From assembly GCF_001457595.1 (NCBI RefSeq), contig NZ_LN831039.1:60001-92000 (forward strand): a stretch of 32,000 nt of DNA, in the 5' to 3' direction. The notes below the pieces were generated by a model. That model did no database searches. It saw only the letters and a program-made list of their open reading frames with translations, and was not told the origin of the DNA. Each line of letters opens with the position of its first letter. Position 1 is the first letter of the stretch. Positions 25,584 through 32,000 of the stretch are shown piece after piece. The stretch comes from Mycolicibacterium smegmatis. GTDB lineage: Bacteria > Actinomycetota > Actinomycetes > Mycobacteriales > Mycobacteriaceae. The translations under genes and the position numbers were made by a program.

Positions 25584-25731
25584 TATTTGTTCAACGCACT
25601 CAGCAACGCTGGCGGCAGCTCGCCAGCAAAGGGATCGGGGGACAGATTCCTTGACGTTCTGGCAAATTTGCGCCAGGGGGATTCGAGTGCTTTGTCCTTG
25701 AATATGTCGAGTGGGGAAGGGGAGTACGCAA
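25584..25731 (+). promoter_or_regulatory. 148-bp AT-richer intergenic region upstream of PE35-PPE68-esxBA
   Basis: This is the largest intergenic gap inside the core locus and is lower in GC (tagtatttgttcaacgc…ttgacgttctggcaaatttgcgcc…ctttgtccttgaatatgtcg). It contains a TTGACG hexamer near 25651. I could not pair it with a convincing -10, so only the region is called. Confidence 0.3.
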
Positions 25732-26025
25732 ATGCAACCGATGACACACAATCCGGGTGCGGAAGCCGTTGCGGCGCAAGTTATCGCAAATGCAGCACGT
25801 GGTCTGGCCGGTGGCACCACCGCCTCGGCCGCGGTCACCGCATTGGTGCCTGCAGGCGCTGACGAGGTCTCGGCGCTGGCCGCCGTGGCGTTCGCCAGCG
25901 AGGGCGTCGAGGCTCTTGCGGCGAATGCGTTCGCGCAGGAGGAGCTGACGCGCGCAGGTGCCGCGTTCGCCGAGATCGCGGGCATCTACAACGCCGTGGA
26001 CGCCGCCAACGCGGCCACGATGTAG
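25732..26025 (+). CDS. PE35: PE-family protein PE35
   Basis: ATG 25732 with RBS GGGAAGGGGAG ~8 nt upstream; GTG 25711 is the longest alternative. The 97-aa protein contains LVPAGADEVSALAAVAFASEG, the PE signature, and a C-terminal YxxxD (YNAVD). It pairs with the downstream PPE gene. Confidence 0.85.
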   Translation: MQPMTHNPGAEAVAAQVIANAARGLAGGTTASAAVTALVPAGADEVSALAAVAFASEGVEALAANAFAQEELTRAGAAFAEIAGIYNAVDAANAATM

Positions 26026-26072
26026 TTCTTCGAGGCAGATTTTTCAGCAGCGAGAGTTAGGGACACCAACCG

Positions 26073-27395
26073 ATGGTTGCGGCGCCGCCTATCCCTCCGG
26101 TGTGGATCGCTCTACCACCGGAGATCAACACCGCTCGCCTGATGGCCGGCGCCGGCCCGGCGCCGATGTTGCAGGCCGCAGCGGGTTGGGAGGGTCTGGC
26201 GGTCCTGTTGGAGACGCAGGCCGCCGAGCTGGCGGCCGCACTCACCAACCTCACCTCGGTGTGGACCGGAGCGGCCAGCGAGCGCGCGGTCGCGGCGACG
26301 ATGCCGATGATCACGTGGCTGCAGACCACTGCGGCGCAGGCGCAGAAGCGTGCGCTGCAGGCCTCGGCCCAGGCCAGCTCGTACAGCCTGGCGCTCGCCA
26401 CCACGCCGCCGCTGCCGGAGATCGAGCAGAACCATGTCACGCACGCGGTGCTGGAGGGAACCAACTTCCTCGGTATCAACACCGTGCCGATCGCGCTCAA
26501 CGAGATGGACTACTTCGTTCGCATGTGGAATCAGGCGGCCGGGGCGATGGATCTCTACCACGCGGAGACCACCGTCAACCTGCTGTTCGAGCCGATCATG
26601 CCGATGAAGCCGATCGTGCTTCCCGGTGTCGGTGAGACCACCGCGGCGGCCGCACTGGCGCAGACTGCGCCGCGCGTGGCCGAAGGCGTGATGCGCAACG
26701 CGGTAATCGAGGGCGTGAGCGCGATCGCGACCATCGAGTCGGTCGGGCTGGCCGCGGGACATGCTGCGGCACAAGCGAATTTCGCCGAACAGCGTGGCCA
26801 GGGCGCCGCGCAGAAGGGCGAGAACGCGGGGCAGGAGGCCGGCCGCGAGTCGGGCAAGAACATGCAGCAGGGCATGCAGATGGTGATGCAGATGGGTTCG
26901 CAGGCCGCACAGGCCCCGGCTCAGCTGGCGTCGATGTTCCAGTCCGGCGTGCAGACCATGACCCAGCCGTTGCAGCAGGCGACCCAGATGGTCAGCCAGT
27001 TCGCCAGCATGGGTGGCAGTGAGCGCGCCATGCAGGTCGGTTTGATGGGGGCCAGCCCTTTCTCGAACCACCCGATGCTCGGCGGATCGGGTCCCAGCAC
27101 GGGAGCCGGCTTGGTGCGGGCCATGTCGCTGCCCGGTGCGGGCGGCACCGCGCCGCGAACTCCGTTGCTGTCCAACCTGCTTGGCATCAGCGGTGAGATG
27201 AAGGCCGCTCCCGCCGGCGCGGGTTCGGCAGCCGCGGGCGGCCTGGCCCCGGTGGGTGCCGGTGCCGGTGGCGGCGCGGGTGCGCCGGTGGCGCACGCCG
27301 GCCAGAACAGCAAGAGCGGGGGGAAGAAGGACGGGTTGGTCGCGCCGACGCCGCTGACCTACGACCTCTCCGAGGATGAAGACGACGAGTGGTGA
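26073..27395 (+). CDS. PPE68: PPE-family protein PPE68
   Basis: LPPEINTARLMAGAGPAPMLQAAAGWEGLA, WTGAASE, NFLGINTVPIALNEMDYFVRMWNQAA, the later LGGSGPSTGAGLVRAMSLPGAGG and an acidic tail SEDEDDEW all parallel M. tuberculosis PPE68 as remembered. An alternative GTG start at 26100 (VWIALPPEIN) would match the usual short PPE N-terminus. Confidence 0.9.
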   Translation: MVAAPPIPPVWIALPPEINTARLMAGAGPAPMLQAAAGWEGLAVLLETQAAELAAALTNLTSVWTGAASERAVAATMPMITWLQTTAAQAQKRALQASAQASSYSLALATTPPLPEIEQNHVTHAVLEGTNFLGINTVPIALNEMDYFVRMWNQAAGAMDLYHAETTVNLLFEPIMPMKPIVLPGVGETTAAAALAQTAPRVAEGVMRNAVIEGVSAIATIESVGLAAGHAAAQANFAEQRGQGAAQKGENAGQEAGRESGKNMQQGMQMVMQMGSQAAQAPAQLASMFQSGVQTMTQPLQQATQMVSQFASMGGSERAMQVGLMGASPFSNHPMLGGSGPSTGAGLVRAMSLPGAGGTAPRTPLLSNLLGISGEMKAAPAGAGSAAAGGLAPVGAGAGGGAGAPVAHAGQNSKSGGKKDGLVAPTPLTYDLSEDEDDEW

Positions 27396-27480
27396 ACACT
27401 CGCACAAGAACTTTCCGGTGCACTCGCCGGAAGACTCGCCATGGAATTGGTGAGGACACAGGGAAATAAGGGGAAATCCA

Positions 27481-27783
27481 ATGGCAGCAATGAATACAGA
27501 TGCCGCCGTCCTCGCCAAGGAGGCGGCGAATTTCGAGCGCATCTCCGGCGAGCTCAAGGGCGTCATCGCGCAGGTTGAGTCCACGGGCTCCGCTCTGGCC
27601 GCTCAGATGGTCGGCCAGGCAGGCACCGCCGCGCAGGCCGCGCTGGCTCGGTTCCACGAGGCCGCCGCCAAGCAGGTTCAGGAGTTGAACGAGATCTCGG
27701 CCAACATCCACACCTCGGGCACGCAGTACACCTCGACCGACGAGGACCAGGCGGGCACGCTTGCGTCGTCGATGAACATCTGA
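27481..27783 (+). CDS. esxB: ESX-1 substrate EsxB (CFP-10)
   Basis: 100 aa: [26 protein letters not shown]...[41 protein letters not shown]. It parallels M. tuberculosis CFP-10 throughout, including the C-terminal YxxxD/E export signal. RBS AAGGGGA is present. Confidence 0.95.
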   Translation: MAAMNTDAAVLAKEAANFERISGELKGVIAQVESTGSALAAQMVGQAGTAAQAALARFHEAAAKQVQELNEISANIHTSGTQYTSTDEDQAGTLASSMNI

Positions 27784-27814
27784 CCACCTCGCACTCACTG
27801 AACGGAGACAAGAC

Positions 27815-28102
27815 ATGACAGAACAGGTATGGAATTTCGCCGGTATCGAGGGCGGCGCGTCGGAGATCCACGGCGCCGTGTCCACCACCGCCGGTCTGCT
27901 CGACGAGGGCAAGGCCTCGCTGACCACTCTCGCCTCAGCGTGGGGCGGCACCGGTTCGGAGGCCTACCAGGCCGTCCAGGCCCGTTGGGACTCCACCTCC
28001 AACGAGCTGAACCTGGCACTGCAGAACCTCGCCCAGACCATCAGCGAGGCGGGCCAGACCATGGCGCAGACCGAGGCCGGCGTCACGGGAATGTTTGCCT
28101 GA
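27815..28102 (+). CDS. esxA: ESX-1 substrate EsxA (ESAT-6)
   Basis: 95 aa: [22 protein letters not shown]...[21 protein letters not shown]...TGMFA. The WxG motif is present, with very high similarity to ESAT-6. Confidence 0.95.
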   Translation: MTEQVWNFAGIEGGASEIHGAVSTTAGLLDEGKASLTTLASAWGGTGSEAYQAVQARWDSTSNELNLALQNLAQTISEAGQTMAQTEAGVTGMFA

Positions 28103-28122
28103 GAACACCGATGCACGTTGGT

Positions 28123-28162
28123 GGGCGGGATATCGGACATCCATGGATGCCCGATCCCGCCC
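28123..28162 (+). terminator. imperfect 40-nt palindrome/hairpin 21 nt after the esxA stop
   Basis: GGGCGGGATATCGGACATCCAT / ATGGATGCCCGATCCCGCCC. Paired segments are 9 bp (GGGCGGGAT/ATCCCGCCC), 3 bp (CGG/CCG) and 7 bp (CATCCAT/ATGGATG, meeting at a central CCATGG), with a 2-nt bulge and one mismatch. There is no adjacent U-tract. Confidence 0.35.
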
Positions 28163-28221
28163 ATCATGTGCGTGCGGGTGCAAAAATTTGACAATCTGTT
28201 TGAACTAGCTGAGGGGTCCCC

Positions 28222-29646
28222 ATGTCGGCCGACTATGACCGGCTCTTCCATTCGTCCGAACCGGGCAAGCCGGTCGATGACGCCACGATCACCGTGGACA
28301 GAGACGCGATCTTGAAGGCCACCGCGGCGACGCCGCCGGTGCCGGCGGGGGAGAAACCGCCCGCCGATGCGCCTTCGGGGGCGATGCCCGTCGCGCCGAC
28401 ACAGACTCAGTCCGCGGCGACTCCGTCGCGGACCGCCGAACCGCAGGTGCCGCCGCCGATGCCGCCGCCTCCGGCCACCGCGCCGCAGTGGCCGCAGAAC
28501 TCGATGCTGCGTGCCCCGCAGCAACAGCAGTTCGGCCCGGGTGCGCGTCACGAGCAGCCGGCGACGCTGCCGCCGCCCGCGCAGCGCCTGGCGCCCGGCC
28601 CGGCTCCGTCGCAGCTCAGCGACATCGATCCCGAGATCAGCGGCGCGTGGCGCGCCGGGCAGGCCGTGCCCGCACCCGCGCAGCCCGGTCCGACGTCGGC
28701 TGCGTCGATGGGTAATCACCGCGCGATCGACGCGCTTTCGCACGTCGGTGTGAAGACCAATGTGAAGATGCCGTCGCAGCGCGGTTGGCGCCACTGGCTC
28801 TACGTGATGACGCGCATCAACCTCGGCCTCTCGCCCGACGAGATCTACGAACTCGACCTGCACAACCGCATTCGCCGGAATGCTCGCGACAGCTACCAGA
28901 TCGGCGTGTTCGGCCTCAAGGGTGGCGTCGGCAAGACCGCGGTGACCGTGTCCCTCGGCTCGGCCATGGCCAAGATCCGCGGCGACCGCATCCTCGCGAT
29001 CGACGCCGATCCCGACGGCGGCAACCTGGCCGACCGCGCGGGCCGGCAGTCCGCGGCCACCATCGCCGACCTGCTCGCCGATCAGGAATTGTCGCGGTAC
29101 AACGACATTCGCGCCTACACGAGCATGAACTCCTCGAACCTCGAAGTGTTGTCGTCCGAGGACTACAGCGGCGCACAGCGGGAGTTCAACGACGACGACT
29201 GGAAGGGCGCGACCGCCGTGGTGTCGCGCTACTACAACCTGGTGCTCGCCGACTGCGGCGCGGGCCTGTTCCAGAAGGCCACACGCGGTGTGCTGTCGAC
29301 CATCTCGGGCCTGGTGATCGTGGCCAGCGCCTCGATCGACGGTGCACGGCAGGCCGCGGTGACCATGGACTGGTTGCGGCAGAACGGCTATCAGGATCTG
29401 CTCGGCCGGTCCTGCGTGGTGATCAACCACGTGACCCCGGGCAAGCCGAACGTCGACGTCGAGGATCTGGTGCAGCAGTTCGAGCGGCACGTTCCGCCCG
29501 GGCGTGTGATCGTGCTGCCGTACGACAAGCACATCGCGGCGGGCACCGAGATCCAGCTCGATCTGCTCAGCGACACCTTCCAGCGTCGCATCACCGAGCT
29601 GGCCGCGGCGCTGTCCGACGACTTCGACAGGCTTGAACGGCGTTGA
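28222..29646 (+). CDS. espI: ESX-1 secretion-associated protein EspI (Pro/Ala-rich N-terminus plus ParA/MinD-like ATPase domain)
   Basis: RBS GAGGGG. The N-terminal ~170 aa are Pro/Ala/Gln-rich. The deviant Walker A is IGVFGLKGGVGKTAV, followed by AIDADPDGGNL. Its position between esxA and eccD1 matches EspI. Confidence 0.85.
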   Translation: MSADYDRLFHSSEPGKPVDDATITVDRDAILKATAATPPVPAGEKPPADAPSGAMPVAPTQTQSAATPSRTAEPQVPPPMPPPPATAPQWPQNSMLRAPQQQQFGPGARHEQPATLPPPAQRLAPGPAPSQLSDIDPEISGAWRAGQAVPAPAQPGPTSAASMGNHRAIDALSHVGVKTNVKMPSQRGWRHWLYVMTRINLGLSPDEIYELDLHNRIRRNARDSYQIGVFGLKGGVGKTAVTVSLGSAMAKIRGDRILAIDADPDGGNLADRAGRQSAATIADLLADQELSRYNDIRAYTSMNSSNLEVLSSEDYSGAQREFNDDDWKGATAVVSRYYNLVLADCGAGLFQKATRGVLSTISGLVIVASASIDGARQAAVTMDWLRQNGYQDLLGRSCVVINHVTPGKPNVDVEDLVQQFERHVPPGRVIVLPYDKHIAAGTEIQLDLLSDTFQRRITELAAALSDDFDRLERR

Positions 29647-31175
29647 CCTCCACCGCTGCAGCGGCCGACACGTCGAGCGTGACCCCGGGGCGGCCGTCGA
29701 CAACAAGGGTCACGATCCTCACCGGCAAGCGCATGACCGACCTGGTCCTGCCTGCCACCGCGCCCATCGAGACCTACATCGATGAGACGGTGAGCTTCCT
29801 CGCGGAGCTGCTCGAGGACGCCCCCAAAGATGTCCTCGCGGGGTTCAACTTCGGTGAGCAGGGAGTCTGGGCGTTCGCGCGCCCCGGCGCCCCGCCACTG
29901 AAGGCCGACGAATCGCTCGACGACGCAGGCGTGGTCGACGGATCGCTGCTCACGCTCGTGTCGGTCAGCCGCACCGAGCGGTACCGGCCGCTGGTCGAGG
30001 ACGTGATCGACGCGATCGCGGTGCTCGACGAATCGCCGGTGTTCGACCGCACTGCGCTGAAACGCTTTGTGGGAATCGCACTTCCGGTCGTCGCGGCGAT
30101 CATCACCGTCGGCACGCTGATCTCATGGACCCGCTCCGGGCACGGCTGGTGGTGGGCCGTCGCGCTCGGCGTCCTCGGTCTCGGCCTGCTCGGCGGCAGC
30201 ATGGCCGCCAAGAGCCGCTACAACAGCCTCGACATGTCCGAGAGCCTGCTGCTCGCGGCGGCCCCCGTCCTCGCCGGTGCGGTGGGGCTCGCGGTGCCGC
30301 TGCCGCGTGGTGTCGACGGGCTCGGTGCGCCGCAACTGGCCGGCGCGGCGGCCGTGGTGCTGCTGTTGACGTTGGCGACCCGCGGCGGGCCCCGCAAGCG
30401 CGCCGAGGTCGCGTCGTTCGTGGCCGTGACCTCCATCGCCGTCACCGCGGCCGCCATCGCCTACGGCTACGGCTGGCAGGAGTGGGTGCCTGCCGGTGCC
30501 ATCGCGTTCGGCCTGATCATCGTGACCAACTCGGCCAAACTCACCGTCGCCGTGGCCCGTATCGCCCTGCCGCCGATTCCCGCGCCCGGCGAGCACGTGT
30601 CCAACGACGAACTGCTTGACCCGGTCGTCACGCCCGATTCGATCGACGACGCGTCCCCGACGTGGCAGGCGATCATCGCTTCCGTGCCGGAATCGGCTGC
30701 GCGCCTGCAGGAACGCAGCCAGTTGACCCGCCAGCTGCTCGTCGGCTTCCTGTCGGCCGGTGCCCTGATCCTCACCGTCGGTGCGATTGCCGTCGTGGTG
30801 CAGGGGCACTTCTTCGTGCACAGCATGATCGTCGCGTCGCTGGTGACCGTCATCTGCGGTTTCCGGTCACGGCTGTACGCCGAAAGATGGTGCGCCTGGG
30901 CACTGTTGGCGGCCACCGTCGCCGTGCCGACGGGCTTGATGATCAAACTCAGTTGGTGGTGGCCGGATTCCGCGTGGATCGTGATGGCCATCTACACGAT
31001 GCTGGCACTCGTCGCGCTCATCGTCGTCGGCGCCACCGACGGCGTCCGCCGCGTCTCCCCGGTCACCAAGCGCATCCTCGAGCTGTTCGACGGCGCGGCC
31101 ATCGCCGCGGTGATCCCACTGCTGCTCTGGATCGCCGGCGTGTACGACCTGCTGCGAAATCTGCGGTTGCACTAA
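29643..31175 (+). CDS. eccD1: ESX-1 membrane channel component EccD1
   Basis: 510 aa from TTG 29643, in a TTGA overlap with the espI stop. TTRVTILTGKRMTDLVLPA..PIETYIDETV (ubiquitin-like N-domain), DAGVVDGSLLTLVSVSRTERYRPLVEDVIDAIAVLDESP, KLTVAVARIALPPIP and FRSRLYAERWCAWALLAATVA are near-identical to remembered M. tuberculosis EccD1. There are about 11 TM helices. Confidence 0.95.
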   Translation: MTSTAAAADTSSVTPGRPSTTRVTILTGKRMTDLVLPATAPIETYIDETVSFLAELLEDAPKDVLAGFNFGEQGVWAFARPGAPPLKADESLDDAGVVDGSLLTLVSVSRTERYRPLVEDVIDAIAVLDESPVFDRTALKRFVGIALPVVAAIITVGTLISWTRSGHGWWWAVALGVLGLGLLGGSMAAKSRYNSLDMSESLLLAAAPVLAGAVGLAVPLPRGVDGLGAPQLAGAAAVVLLLTLATRGGPRKRAEVASFVAVTSIAVTAAAIAYGYGWQEWVPAGAIAFGLIIVTNSAKLTVAVARIALPPIPAPGEHVSNDELLDPVVTPDSIDDASPTWQAIIASVPESAARLQERSQLTRQLLVGFLSAGALILTVGAIAVVVQGHFFVHSMIVASLVTVICGFRSRLYAERWCAWALLAATVAVPTGLMIKLSWWWPDSAWIVMAIYTMLALVALIVVGATDGVRRVSPVTKRILELFDGAAIAAVIPLLLWIAGVYDLLRNLRLH

Positions 31176-31273
31176 CGGTTGCGCGGTGGGCATTCGATGG
31201 ACTCGGCGATCAATTGCCGGCTCGGGACATGCTCGGTGTTCTCGTGGCCCTGATTTGAGTTGAAGGTGTGCCG

Positions 31274-32000
31274 ATGAATCTGCCGCCCCCTTCGGAACCG
31301 TACGGTCAGCGGCCGCCCACAGGCCCGCCACATTGGGGCACGCAACCGCAATGGGCCAGCGGGCCGCCACCGCCACCGAAAGGAGGCGGAAAGGCCAAAT
31401 GGATTCTGGGCGGTCTGTCCGTCGCCTTGGCGATCGCGCTCGCTGTCGTCATCACTGTGCTCGTCGTCCGTCCCGACGGTGAAAGCCGCAGCGCCGATGG
31501 TGGTTCGGGCATCACTGCTTCCGAGTTCGCCAGCGCCAATGACACGGGGCCGGTCAGCATCATCACCGAAGATCCGACGTGCGACGCGTGGAACACGGTC
31601 GTCGGCCAGTACTCAGAGGCAGCCACCGGCGTAAATTGGGAAGGTCGCGAGGCCGAGACTCCGGCGAGTTCGTGGACGCCAGAGCAGCGCAGGATGTACC
31701 AGGCAGTGGGAATGGCCATGACGCGTGCGACGGAGCAGGTGACGAAGCTTGCGATGCAGACACCGCACAGGGTCATGCGCGAACTCTATGAACAATTTGT
31801 TGCGTACACGGTTGCGTTTGTAGAGCGCATACCCGCCTATGTCGCAGAGGACAACAACCTTGCACTGGCATCAAACGCTGCCGGCAGTAGCGTCTCGAAT
31901 ATCTGCGGAGCCATCACTTTCCGCTCAGCACAAGCGTTAGCGATTTTGGTACCCAATTCTTCCTCCCCTTCAGCGCAGACCGGCCTGAAGACGTCGACAT
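31274..32000 (+). CDS. partial CDS (3' end beyond window): Pro-rich N-terminus, single-TM membrane protein, unknown function, at the position occupied by espJ in M. tuberculosis but not EspJ-like
   Basis: This ORF is not in the supplied track because it has no stop inside the window. My hand translation from ATG 31274 (GTG 31268 is an alternative) runs with no stop through 32000: MNLPPPSEPYGQRPPTGPPHWGTQPQWASGPPPPPKGGGKAKWILGGLSVALAIALAVVITVLVVRPDGES...DPTCDAWNTVVGQYSEAATGVNWEGREAETPASSWTPEQRRMYQAVGMAMTRATEQVTKLAMQTPHRVMRELYEQFVAYTVAFVERIPAYVAEDNNLALASNAAGSSVSNICGAITFRSAQALAILVPNSSSPSAQTGLKTST. The first ~500 nt are GC3-rich. Confidence 0.6.
   Translation, partial: MNLPPPSEPYGQRPPTGPPHWGTQPQWASGPPPPPKGGGKAKWILGGLSVALAIALAVVITVLVVRPDGESRSADGGSGITASEFASANDTGPVSIITEDPTCDAWNTVVGQYSEAATGVNWEGREAETPASSWTPEQRRMYQAVGMAMTRATEQVTKLAMQTPHRVMRELYEQFVAYTVAFVERIPAYVAEDNNLALASNAAGSSVSNICGAITFRSAQALAILVPNSSSPSAQTGLKTST

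Noticed and set aside
27416-27444. Short hairpin TTCCGG-N8-CCGGAA between PPE68 and esxB
   Set aside because: The stem is only 6 bp, which is within chance expectation. PPE68 and esxBA are expected to be co-transcribed. It is not strong enough to call.
28188-28193. Consensus -35-like TTGACA upstream of espI
   Set aside because: I could not find a properly spaced -10 (TAGCTG is only 12 nt away, and the hexamer at 17-nt spacing is G-rich). A single hexamer match is not sufficient evidence for a promoter.
26112-29706. 490-aa (26112-27584) and 580-aa (27964-29706) minus-strand ORFs
   Set aside because: They run antisense across PPE68/esxB and esxA/espI respectively. They span several authentic plus-strand genes and intergenic regions and have an Arg/Gly-rich composition.
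31274-32000. Calling the post-eccD1 gene espJ by synteny
   Set aside because: The translated sequence (Pro-rich tail, TM helix, ectodomain) does not resemble the EspJ sequence I remember. Position alone is insufficient, so the gene symbol is left blank.
1-32000. Search for rRNA, tRNA, CRISPR arrays, IS elements or transposases, integrases and prophage genes
   Set aside because: I saw no cloverleaf-like or rRNA-like conserved segments, no regularly spaced direct repeats, and no ORF with DDE-transposase, integrase or phage hallmarks. This absence is based on reading only, not on tRNAscan or Infernal searches.

Overview
High-GC (about two-thirds G+C by eye) actinobacterial chromosomal DNA. From about 15.1 kb to the end, the window is the core of an ESX-1 type VII secretion locus in canonical mycobacterial order: espE-espF-espG1-espH-eccA1-eccB1-eccCa1-eccCb1-PE35-PPE68-esxB-esxA-espI-eccD1, all on the + strand. 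The protein sequences match my memory of the M. tuberculosis orthologues closely but not identically. The EsxA/EsxB sequences look like those of a fast-growing Mycolicibacterium, most probably M. smegmatis; that assignment is from memory and was not searched. Upstream of ESX-1 lie the regulator pair whiB6 and a divergent double-HTH protein at the espM position, a second EspI-like Pro-rich ParA/MinD ATPase, and small housekeeping or redox genes: a TetR regulator with a clear operator palindrome, DUF1772, NIPSNAP, DUF4267, a LigB-type dioxygenase, a PPOX/F420 enzyme, pirin and a DivIVA-repeat protein. The most interesting unexplained element is a translationally coupled three-gene operon at about 3.1-8.8 kb. 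It encodes a tandem FN3-like beta-sandwich array protein, an 822-aa protein with an N-terminal QLTYTS motif that I think resembles the computationally defined GTPase-associated protein 1 (GAP1) N-domain, and a zinc-ribbon TRAFAC-type GTPase. It may correspond to the poorly understood saeA-C genes of M. smegmatis. Other observations are a GMC-oxidoreductase remnant with an internal deletion at the 5' edge, an EsxB lacking the Trp of the WxG motif, and a long low-complexity C-terminal region in EspE. At the 3' edge, a membrane-protein gene that is not EspJ-like shows an abrupt drop in GC and codon bias, suggesting the start of a strain-variable segment. I saw no rRNA, tRNA, CRISPR array or transposase. 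Many long antisense or off-frame ORFs in the track are high-GC shadows.
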